Assembly (NCBI GenBank): GCA_043809315.1
Contig: JAZDDX010000039.1
Location: 32,001-96,000 of the forward strand
Direction: 5' to 3'
DNA from: Pseudomonadota bacterium
GTDB taxonomy: Bacteria; Bdellovibrionota_G; JALEGL01; DATDPG01
DNA: 64,000 nucleotides
Below are positions 7,974 through 16,324 of the stretch, in pieces (positions within the stretch are counted from its first letter, which is position 1; each line of letters starts with the position of its first letter). Made by a program: the position numbers and the translations under genes. The notes below the pieces were generated by a model. It made no database searches, was not told the origin of the DNA, and worked only from the letters and a program-made list of their open reading frames with translations.

Positions 7974-10900
7974 CTACCTCAATGTCGCATTCGGGAAGTC
8001 GGTAGCAAATGAATTCCCCCCGAGCGCCGTGTACGTCCCCTGCAGAAGTTGGACATAGAACGCGGTGTTGTGAATCCCGAAGCTCGCCTCGCGCACCAGC
8101 AGGTTGTGGTTCCAGACGGCTCTTCGGAGACGGTTCCCCAAGGTCGTGTCCTTGCCGGCACTCGCCACTTTGTCGAGCTTCATACAGTCCGCATTTACTG
8201 CACAGACTGTCGCCGGATCGTTGTCACACTTCAAGGCCGTGGTCGTGCCGCACAACCCGTCTCCGCCAGCCCGGTTGAAGCCGTAGCCGCTACCCTGGGC
8301 CGGATAGATGCTCTTTGTCGCGGAGCCCCAGCTGAAGCGGATCGCGGTGGGTCCGCAGTCGGTATCGGCTGTGCAGGACTTCTCCGAGGTTCCGATCTTG
8401 TTCGTGCATTTCCCTGTGCCGGTGTTGCACGTCCCCCAGTCGAAAGAACCGTACGTGGTCGAAGTTTGGCCCAGGCGTTTGAACGTACAGTCGGCATCGG
8501 CCTGACACAAATCGGCATTGTCGAGCGAGCATCGCTGCACTACTTTCGTGCCCGACGGGTCGCCAGTGCCGTCACAATCGCTCGCGGCGCTGCACTTCCA
8601 CCCACTTGTGTAGTCGGTCCCTCCGATCGTCCAGATACAGTACTTCTGCGTTCCACCCGATGACGGGATCGCGCAGGCTCCGGTGGAGCCTACCCCGAAA
8701 ACGGCAGGGTCAAAAACCGTTGCGCTACACGTTCCACCCGTCGCGGAGCCGTCCAGCGTCCGGATCTTGGCCGCCACAGCGACCAACAGCCCCTTCATCT
8801 CGTCCTCGACCCCTTCGATCGTGCCGTCGCCGTCATAGTCGGCTCGCGCCGGGCGGTTGAAGTCGGTCAGGCCGATGTGGCACAACTGACAAGGCTTGAG
8901 GTTTTGGAGGTCGGTCGTTTCATACGACGGTTCGGTCTCCTCCCCTTCCAGGTGACCGATCCCGTGGCTCCGCCGCTGCTTGAAGGCGTGGCCGCCGACA
9001 TGCAAGTACCCCTCTTCGGTCGCGCTCGGGCCCGGGTACATGTGGCAGGTGACACACTTGTTGTTCTCGTTCGGGAGCGACGTGTCCCCGGTTACCGCCG
9101 CGAGATTGAACCCCGGCTGGGAGTGGAACGAGTTCTCCGTCAATGTGAAATCGGCCGTGCCGTCCTTGTCCAGGTCGGTCATCGCCGCCTTCCCTTCGAG
9201 AACCGCCGCCTGGCCGTTGTAGTGAACCTGGCGCAGGTAGAAGTCGGCGCTCTGTTCCGGCGTCATGCACATCCCATTCGTGAGGCCGTCAGGCACACTG
9301 TCGTCGGTGCCGTCGACCACGCCGTCGCGGTTGAAGTCACAGTCCGCCTCATCCCAGTTGTAGAGAGCGTCGTGGCATTTATAACAGACGGCCGCCTTCC
9401 CGGCGTTCACCGTCTGCCCCGTCGCGACCATTGTTACGTTCCCGAACGCTCGCAACTGGTTCGGATTCGTCGCGTCGTGCGGATCGTGACAGCCAGCGCA
9501 ACCCACGTTCACGAACGAGCCGTAGGTTTTGTCGACCGCGGTCAACTCCTCCCCGGCCGCATATTGCGCAAACCCCTCGGAGGTGTGACAACGAACGCAT
9601 CCCACTTCCGTAGGCCACTCGGCCTGGTCGGCCGTTTCGTTGTGCTTCGAGTTGACCCACTGGGCCTCTTCGAGATGGCACTGGCCGCAAACGCCGGTCT
9701 GGGCAAACGAGAAGGAGATCGCGGTCGGGTTGCCGTTGTGGAGACTCCCGGGGCCGTGACAGTTCTCACACTGAATGTTGGCAAGCGCGGCCACCTTCGG
9801 GTTTGCTGTCACAAAATCGGCGAAGGTCGCCGGCGCATCTGTGATCGAGAACCCTTCGGAGGTGACGAGATCGTCGAATCCGCCGTTCGCCGCGTCGGTG
9901 CAGTAACCGACCGTCTCGAATGCCCAAAGGTACGGTTCCGGGGCCAACGCCGACATCGAGGTATATGAATTCTCGAAAACGGAGGCGTGTTTCGTCTCTT
10001 TCCACTCCGTCACCATATCGGGCTCAACGACACCGTTGTGGCAGGTTCCGCATTCCGGAGCCCTCGGGCTGGTGCTCGCGATCGTACCGACGCCGACGAA
10101 CTCTGCGGCGTTGATTCGGATCTTGCCGGTTATCGCACCGCTCGTTGAACTGTACGCCACGGTGTAGAGACCCGCGACGTCCGGCGTGAATTTCGGGAAC
10201 TGAAGCGCCGAAGCGGAGGTTCCCGTATCGGCAAATGTGGCGGACGAACCGGACGGGCGCGTCAGAGTCCAGCTCCAGTCAGTGATTGCCGCGTAAGCCG
10301 GGGTCTGATTCGGGCCCCCCATATAAACGACCGTCCCAATCCCGACGTTGTTGAGACCGCTCGTCGGCCAGATGATCTTATCGTTGTCCTGGAGATAAAC
10401 CGGGAAAGTCGTTTCGTCCGAATTTCCATCGGCATCCGTGACCACCAGCTTGAAAAGAACCTGCAGATTGCTCGCCGAGATCGGAAGCGGCTGCCACTTG
10501 TACTGGTTGGCCGACGTTCTTGTCGTATTCGTATCGTCATCTTTCCCCACCTGCTCGATCCCGACGAGCCCGGGGGCTGTGAACGACAGGGTCGACTCGG
10601 TCAACGCTCCCGCCGGAATCGCGCTCGGCCCGGCCACCTGCGACCATTTGTAGGAAGCGATGGTTCCTGAAGCCCGGCTGGTCGCTCCGGACAAGATCCC
10701 GCCGGTTTGGTCGAGGTTCATTATATTCTCAGTCGCCCCGAACCGGGTTCGCGTCGTGACGGCCGATCCGTCCCCGTTCGTGATCGTCGCCAGGATCGTT
10801 TTCGCCGTGACGGTGAGCGTGTCGGTTGCTTTGCCGCTGTTGATGCTCAAGTGAAGGACGTAATCCCCCGCCTTGTCGGCCGTGAAGGTCGGTGCAAGCG

Positions 10901-11135
10901 ACGTACCGCCCGCCAGCGTCGCCGCCGATCCCGACGGACTCGACGTCAGCGTCCACTGCGCCGTCGTGACGTTGGTCGAGGAGGCGCCGTTCAGCGTGAC
11001 CTTGTCCCCCACCAGAACCTTCTGGTCCGCCCCGGCATTCGCCGTCGGCGTTCCGGCCGGCCCACTACTGGAACAACCAGCCACTGATAGCGCCAGTCCG
11101 ATGAGAACGGTCACAAACAGGTTCTTACGCTTCAT
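7974..11135 (-). CDS. Lipoprotein multiheme cytochrome c (8 CxxCH; OmcB/c552-like C-terminus) with N-terminal PKD/Ig-like domains
   Basis: GGAGGAG RBS before MKRKNLF; lipobox SVAGC; PTANAGADQ PKD motif; CGTCH, CENCH, CGQCH, CVRCH, CAGCH, CYKCH, CVTCH, CQLCH; terminal AVWNHNLL...GIHNTAFYVQLL. Confidence 0.85.
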   Translation of the reverse strand: MKRKNLFVTVLIGLALSVAGCSSSGPAGTPTANAGADQKVLVGDKVTLNGASSTNVTTAQWTLTSSPSGSAATLAGGTSLAPTFTADKAGDYVLHLSINSGKATDTLTVTAKTILATITNGDGSAVTTRTRFGATENIMNLDQTGGILSGATSRASGTIASYKWSQVAGPSAIPAGALTESTLSFTAPGLVGIEQVGKDDDTNTTRTSANQYKWQPLPISASNLQVLFKLVVTDADGNSDETTFPVYLQDNDKIIWPTSGLNNVGIGTVVYMGGPNQTPAYAAITDWSWTLTRPSGSSATFADTGTSASALQFPKFTPDVAGLYTVAYSSTSGAITGKIRINAAEFVGVGTIASTSPRAPECGTCHNGVVEPDMVTEWKETKHASVFENSYTSMSALAPEPYLWAFETVGYCTDAANGGFDDLVTSEGFSITDAPATFADFVTANPKVAALANIQCENCHGPGSLHNGNPTAISFSFAQTGVCGQCHLEEAQWVNSKHNETADQAEWPTEVGCVRCHTSEGFAQYAAGEELTAVDKTYGSFVNVGCAGCHDPHDATNPNQLRAFGNVTMVATGQTVNAGKAAVCYKCHDALYNWDEADCDFNRDGVVDGTDDSVPDGLTNGMCMTPEQSADFYLRQVHYNGQAAVLEGKAAMTDLDKDGTADFTLTENSFHSQPGFNLAAVTGDTSLPNENNKCVTCHMYPGPSATEEGYLHVGGHAFKQRRSHGIGHLEGEETEPSYETTDLQNLKPCQLCHIGLTDFNRPARADYDGDGTIEGVEDEMKGLLVAVAAKIRTLDGSATGGTCSATVFDPAVFGVGSTGACAIPSSGGTQKYCIWTIGGTDYTSGWKCSAASDCDGTGDPSGTKVVQRCSLDNADLCQADADCTFKRLGQTSTTYGSFDWGTCNTGTGKCTNKIGTSEKSCTADTDCGPTAIRFSWGSATKSIYPAQGSGYGFNRAGGDGLCGTTTALKCDNDPATVCAVNADCMKLDKVASAGKDTTLGNRLRRAVWNHNLLVREASFGIHNTAFYVQLLQGTYTALGGNSFATDFPNATLR

Positions 11136-11163
11136 GGATTTCTCCTCCCTAACTTTTTGTTGG

Positions 11164-11838
11164 CTAAGACCGAGCATGACAAACCTCACAAGCGGTTCCG
11201 TTATCCGTGTGCCGCAGCGGCGTGTGGCAGGTCCGACAGTCGACCCCCACCCCATGCTTGGCGTTCGCGGGAAGTCTCGGCGTCAAGGCGTGCGACGTCG
11301 AACCGCGGTGACAGGTGGCACAACCCTGCCCCCCCACCGACTCGAGCGGGTAGTGACAGCTCACGCAGTGCCGGTTGAGCGGCGACCCCCACCCCGCCGT
11401 GTGCGTCATCGGACGGGTGCTCGAATGGCATCGCTCGCAGAAATCGGTGTGATGGCAGGTCTCGCACCGGGTTCGGTTGAATCCGACCTGGAGACCGTGT
11501 CCTTTGATCCGGAAGAACTGATTGTGATCCTGCGGCGTCGTCTGTTGATGGCAATCGTTGCAGAAGTAGGCCGAGGAGTGGCAGATCACACAGTAGTTCG
11601 TGTTCACCAGGCCGAAGCGGCGGATCAGCCGGCCGTGCTCCCGCATCCAGAGCACGTCGTGCCCCGGCGGCTTCGTCTTCGTCGACATCCCCTCCGTATG
11701 GCACTCGGTGCAATCCGTTTTCGTAGCGACCGCGGGGTGGTCGAACTTCGTCCCTTCGCACCCCTTGTTCCCCATCGCAAACGGGAGAAGCGCCGCCACC
11801 AGGACCGTGGGAACGACCGAGCGTCTCAAAACTTCCAT
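11164..11838 (-). CDS. Small 9-heme cytochrome c (periplasmic or lipoprotein conduit subunit)
   Basis: 9 CxxCH in 224 aa; N-terminal signal, possible lipobox Cys at NKGC. Confidence 0.88.
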   Translation of the reverse strand: MEVLRRSVVPTVLVAALLPFAMGNKGCEGTKFDHPAVATKTDCTECHTEGMSTKTKPPGHDVLWMREHGRLIRRFGLVNTNYCVICHSSAYFCNDCHQQTTPQDHNQFFRIKGHGLQVGFNRTRCETCHHTDFCERCHSSTRPMTHTAGWGSPLNRHCVSCHYPLESVGGQGCATCHRGSTSHALTPRLPANAKHGVGVDCRTCHTPLRHTDNGTACEVCHARS

Positions 11839-13178
11839 ACGACCCTCGTGTCGACGGTGTGAAAATTCGCGAGCGAATCCTGCTCGAACTCGTATCCGAC
11901 CCGCCCATCGAGACTCTCCAGAATCTTCATCGAAACCCGGGCGAAATAGGTCCGGACATCCTCTGACTCGTTTCCCGTGAAGAGGTTATAGCGATAGAGG
12001 TAGAACGCCGTTCCCCCCGACAGCCGCATCCGCCGTTGCCAGACCTCCTGGTCCGCCGCGAACGATGCGCTGAACAGGTTGTTCTTGAACGTGCTGTCGG
12101 TCCCGTGAAAGTAATCGCCGGTAGCCGAAAGACTCATCCCTTCCAGCGGAAACCCGGCCGTCGAGACCGTTACGAAACCGCGCTGGTATCCGTGGTTGAA
12201 TGCGCTCCCGATCTGCGTGTCCCGCAGGAAGCGTCCCATATACCCGAGGTCGACGAAGAAGTGTTCTCCGAACCCTTTCGTGACCGTCGTCATCACCTCA
12301 AAAAACGGCTCGTACGAGCCGATGAATCCGTAAGCGTCGAAATCGATCGCCCGGATCCCTTGCGGCTTGAGGAGTGTGTAGAAGCGGTTCTCGATCGTCA
12401 GCTTCTGATCCGGAACAAGCATCCGGACCTCCGTACGGAGATCCCGAACCTGGTCCGAAAATGCCGTGAATCTCGTGCTGACCATTACGTTCGGGTCGAG
12501 ATCGAACCAGAGGCTGGTGCCGAAGAGCGTGTCTTCCTGATCGCCGAAGTTCGCGCGAAACCCGGATCCCTTATCCCGCAGATGAACCATGTCGAAACGG
12601 AACCGCGCCCAAGGTGCCGGATCGAACTGCAGCGCTCCGCCCGCCATCCAATCCCCGGTCTGATGACCGAGGCGGTTTTCAAACAGGTGGACCGGGATCC
12701 CGCCGAACGCGGTCACTGAAAGCCCCGCCGCGCTTCCCGTCTGGAGGGTCGCCCCGTCGTAATGAAGCGATTCGAATTCGTACCGGTACTGTCGGCCGGC
12801 CCGGAACTTCTCGAACGGGCCCGCTTCCTTCACGTCGACGTACGCGTGGTAGATCCGTTCGACCGCCGCCGAGTTGAACCCGCCGTAGACGTCGGCGAAC
12901 GGCCCGGTGTTCTTCCGGCCGTCCACGTTGAAGACCCCCCCCACCTGAACCGATCCGGTCACCCGATCCGAAAAAGCGTCCCCGAACTCGGCCGAACCGA
13001 CCGTTTCAATATCCTGGTCGCTGACCCCCTCCGCCGTCCGGAAGCGGTACCGCGTCGACAGGGATCCGTGGGTCGTATAGGCGAAAACCGGGGTAGCGGC
13101 GCATGCCAGAGCGAGGAAAAACCCAAATAGTTTCGGAAGAAATCCCACGAAGAAGAGAAAAGGATAAGAACGGCCCAT
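11826..13178 (-). CDS. Outer-membrane beta-barrel porin of a porin-cytochrome complex
   Basis: Signal peptide, alternating aromatic/hydrophobic strands throughout, C-terminal VVWKF barrel signature; overlaps the 9-heme gene. The true start may be GTG 13148. Confidence 0.8.
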   Translation of the reverse strand: MGRSYPFLFFVGFLPKLFGFFLALACAATPVFAYTTHGSLSTRYRFRTAEGVSDQDIETVGSAEFGDAFSDRVTGSVQVGGVFNVDGRKNTGPFADVYGGFNSAAVERIYHAYVDVKEAGPFEKFRAGRQYRYEFESLHYDGATLQTGSAAGLSVTAFGGIPVHLFENRLGHQTGDWMAGGALQFDPAPWARFRFDMVHLRDKGSGFRANFGDQEDTLFGTSLWFDLDPNVMVSTRFTAFSDQVRDLRTEVRMLVPDQKLTIENRFYTLLKPQGIRAIDFDAYGFIGSYEPFFEVMTTVTKGFGEHFFVDLGYMGRFLRDTQIGSAFNHGYQRGFVTVSTAGFPLEGMSLSATGDYFHGTDSTFKNNLFSASFAADQEVWQRRMRLSGGTAFYLYRYNLFTGNESEDVRTYFARVSMKILESLDGRVGYEFEQDSLANFHTVDTRVVWKF

Positions 13179-13186
13179 CTATGTCA

Positions 13187-13202
13187 TATGATTTAGATCA
13201 CC
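13187..13202. promoter_or_regulatory. Crp/Fnr-family-like box upstream of the porin operon
   Basis: Minus strand GGTGATCTAAATCATA matches the CRP consensus TGTGATCTAGATCACA at 13/16; -10-like TATCCT at 13166-13161. Confidence 0.5.
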
Positions 13203-15285
13203 TTCCTGAGACCAGGTCGATTTCTTTCGCACCGTATCCGGACCACTTCAGTTGCTGCCGCAAGAAGCTCTCGGAATCGACGAGCCGGACATCGACCGGG
13301 CGTCCCCCCTGCTCGATCAACTGCAGCTCAGGATAGACGTAGGCGCAGTAGCTCGGAAGCCCGAGCTTCTTTTTCCGATCCCGGATCTCGGTCGCCAGTT
13401 TCGAATCGTACGTTGCCGCCCCGTACCCCTGCGCCAGTTTCCGGATCGCCGGGAGATCCCCTTCGGACTTGATCCGTTGAAGTTCGCGGAGCAGTTCATC
13501 CACGGCCTGTCGCATCCTCGGAATGTTCTCGTCCCGCACGACCCAGAATGTTTTCATATGTCCGCCCACTTCGCGCCGGACCTCCTCGACGACCCCCCAT
13601 TTCTTCCGGAAAAAGTTGACCGCGAAGAGACCGCCGACTTGATGCGGCTCCTCCAGATTCGTCGAACCGAGGGGGATCTCCGCCAGGCCAATCAGCTCGG
13701 ACACGGGATACTGTTTATACATTGCTCTCGCGGCCTCGTCCGACCAATCCTTCCGGATCCGGAACGTCTCGGGGTCCCAGGCATGGTGAAGCGCCAGGAG
13801 ATCGGCCCGTTCCTCCTCCAGCCAGCTGTAGTAGCCGGGGAGGTAGTGGCTCGGATCCTCCGTCAATTTCGGATTCGCCTGTCCCGAGGCGTGCCCCAGC
13901 GTTTCATGGAACCCCACCAGGATCTCGATCGCCGCCTGCCGGTGTTTCAGCAGAATCTCCTGATCCTCGGGGATCACGAACTCGCGCACCGCCTTCTCCC
14001 CGATGATCTCGTCCCGTGCTCTCTTGGTGTTCCACAGGAGAACGTTCTTGCTCCCGTATTGCACGCGGAGAGCTTGATCGTTCGGAAGGTTGACCCCGCT
14101 GAAGCTGATCGGTCCGGCCTCCCCCGCCTCGACCAACACCTCGACCATGTTCGCAATCGGCTTCACCCCGCTTCGTTTGTATGCGTCCGAAATCGGGGCG
14201 TGCGATTCGTAGTAATCGGCCTTGGAAGCGACCTCCCGGAGCCAGCCGGAGCTCTCCTCGTCCACGAAGTAGGTCATCCCTTCCCAAGCCCCCTTCTTTT
14301 CCCGGGGATCGAGGTACTCCTCGATGAATCCGTTGATGATGTCGACCGTCGGCTTGGAATAGGCGAGCCAGGCGATGTTGTATTTCGTGAACAGCTTCGG
14401 ATCCCCCGTCCGGTAGTACTCCGCAAGAAGCCTGAGCGACTTCGCGTTCTCGGGGGTGGCGTACTCCACCGCTTCGTCGAGATGCCCGGCCACCTTCGCA
14501 AGATACGGAGCGTAGATTCCGGGCGGGATCTTTTTCGACGGGTCACCGGCCCGCGCAACTTGCTCGACGATCTTTTTCCCCTCCCGGGCGAGTCGCGAGT
14601 TCAACGGATGAAGATCCGTGAACCTTTGAAGGTCGGATAAGTGGATCCCACGGTCATAATAGTTGTTGGCGCTCGCGGTGAGAAGATCCTCCCCCGGTTT
14701 CGGCGACCGGGAGGTCACGAAAGGTTCGAACGCAGGATCGAAGATCGTCCGGCGCAACGAATCGGCATATTCCCGAACCTCCCGCTTCCCCTGCGACTGG
14801 AAGACGGCTCCGTTCCGCTTCGCGCGTTCCATCGCATCTTCGAACTTCCCATAGGTGATCCTTTTCGGCGGCAGAAGCTTGGCGTAGGTGAACTTCCCGT
14901 AGATCCCGGTATTGAGATACTGCAGCTTGAGATACGTCGCGATTTCCCCGAGCAGTTTCTTGTCGATCCCATCGGAGTGGAGAAGGATCTCCTCGCAGAC
15001 CTGCCGGATCTCGAGATTGCGCCGGTGAAGCTGATCGAAGTGGATATCCCGCCCCGCAACGGCCGCCTGGTACAAATGATAGGCGAGCAGTTTGTCGTTG
15101 AGCGACAGACGGTCGAACCCCTTAACCGGGAGCCTCAAGATCGCGTACTCCTCCACCGTTTCGAGGGGCGCGGCAGATCCCCCTTTGGCGGGATGGGGCC
15201 GAGGCCGGGAGCAGGAAGCCAGAACGAACGCCATCAAAACGATCCCTGCGAGGGAACAGCCGACCGGTGTGGCATGAATCCTCAT
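13198..15285 (-). CDS. Peptidase M49 (dipeptidyl peptidase III family), lipoprotein
   Basis: HETLGH and LEEERAD zinc motifs; GVNLPND; INGFIEEYLDP; lipobox LASC. Confidence 0.88.
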   Translation of the reverse strand: MRIHATPVGCSLAGIVLMAFVLASCSRPRPHPAKGGSAAPLETVEEYAILRLPVKGFDRLSLNDKLLAYHLYQAAVAGRDIHFDQLHRRNLEIRQVCEEILLHSDGIDKKLLGEIATYLKLQYLNTGIYGKFTYAKLLPPKRITYGKFEDAMERAKRNGAVFQSQGKREVREYADSLRRTIFDPAFEPFVTSRSPKPGEDLLTASANNYYDRGIHLSDLQRFTDLHPLNSRLAREGKKIVEQVARAGDPSKKIPPGIYAPYLAKVAGHLDEAVEYATPENAKSLRLLAEYYRTGDPKLFTKYNIAWLAYSKPTVDIINGFIEEYLDPREKKGAWEGMTYFVDEESSGWLREVASKADYYESHAPISDAYKRSGVKPIANMVEVLVEAGEAGPISFSGVNLPNDQALRVQYGSKNVLLWNTKRARDEIIGEKAVREFVIPEDQEILLKHRQAAIEILVGFHETLGHASGQANPKLTEDPSHYLPGYYSWLEEERADLLALHHAWDPETFRIRKDWSDEAARAMYKQYPVSELIGLAEIPLGSTNLEEPHQVGGLFAVNFFRKKWGVVEEVRREVGGHMKTFWVVRDENIPRMRQAVDELLRELQRIKSEGDLPAIRKLAQGYGAATYDSKLATEIRDRKKKLGLPSYCAYVYPELQLIEQGGRPVDVRLVDSESFLRQQLKWSGYGAKEIDLVSGR

Positions 15286-15297
15286 GGTCCCGTCTTC

Positions 15298-16233
15298 CTA
15301 TTCCTTCACCGCCACGCCGAACCGCACGAGCTTCGCCGAGGAGCCGGCCTCGACCGGGAGAAGGAACGTGGCCGCTCCAAGATCCATGGAAAACGCGGTG
15401 ACCGGACCCTTCCAGTCGGCCGGAACGGCCGGTATCGCGACCTCCCCTCCCTTGACTGTGACGGCGAAAACGCGCCCGGTCGCCCGGTCTGCGGTCATCA
15501 GATGAGAGCGGTACGGTTCGATCCCGGTCAGGTCGGTCCCCGGAAACGCTTTCAGTAATTCCGTCTGACGGCTTTTGAGGTTCACGATCGCGATCGCGCT
15601 CCCCCCCTCGGTATTCCCGGCTTGTGTCGCCACGAGGTAAAGACGGCGCCCGTCGGACGAAGCGCGCAGATACCGCGGTTCCCCCAATCCGGTTTTCTCG
15701 AGCGCTTCGGCGCCGAGGATCACCTCGACGGTTTTTTTCTTCGGGTCGAGCGACCAGATCTGTTTCGCCGACGGGGAACAGAAATAAGCACGGGCGTTCA
15801 GAATCGAATAGTCGATCGACGTGATCTCCCCGGCCCCGGAGATCGGGATCTCGATCGGAGGGGTGTCCGACTTCTTCGATTTTACGAGACCGAGAAACCC
15901 TCCGACTTTCGCGATCTTCAGGAGATCCTTCTCCGCCCAGAAAAGGCGTCCATGCCGTGCATCGTATGCGATGGCGGTCGGACTACTCGACGCGGGAGAG
16001 AGATCCTCCAGCTTCCCCCCGTGAACACTTGCCAGCATCCAACTTCCACCCTCCACCGGCCGTGCCACCAGATAGGTTCCCGGTGCATCGATCGCCAACC
16101 CCGCTGCGGGAGAAAGGCCGTCTCGAAGAACCTCCACGGCCGGTTCGGTCCGACGAGCCGGCTCCCCCCGCTTTCCCGCGCAACTCGCGGCGAGTCCAAT
16201 CAATAGATAGACGAGTGTCTTGTTTTGTCCCAT
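15298..16233 (-). CDS. Hypothetical lipoprotein, probable beta-propeller (NHL/SMP-30-like)
   Basis: Lipobox LAASC; repeated blade-like segments (PAAGLAID, PTAIAYD, PRYLRASSDG). Confidence 0.6.
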   Translation of the reverse strand: MGQNKTLVYLLIGLAASCAGKRGEPARRTEPAVEVLRDGLSPAAGLAIDAPGTYLVARPVEGGSWMLASVHGGKLEDLSPASSSPTAIAYDARHGRLFWAEKDLLKIAKVGGFLGLVKSKKSDTPPIEIPISGAGEITSIDYSILNARAYFCSPSAKQIWSLDPKKKTVEVILGAEALEKTGLGEPRYLRASSDGRRLYLVATQAGNTEGGSAIAIVNLKSRQTELLKAFPGTDLTGIEPYRSHLMTADRATGRVFAVTVKGGEVAIPAVPADWKGPVTAFSMDLGAATFLLPVEAGSSAKLVRFGVAVKE

Positions 16234-16324
16234 GGCGGCGGCAGCTTACCCTTTTTGAACATCCTTGACGAACGGCGAGGTTTCGGAGATTTTCCCTCCG
16301 ATCAATCACTCGGACGGAGGCTTC

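Noticed and set aside
7974-11135. Calling the 8-heme lipoprotein an NrfA/octaheme nitrite reductase or HAO
   Set aside because: No CxxCK active-site motif; the porin-cytochrome context favours electron transfer.
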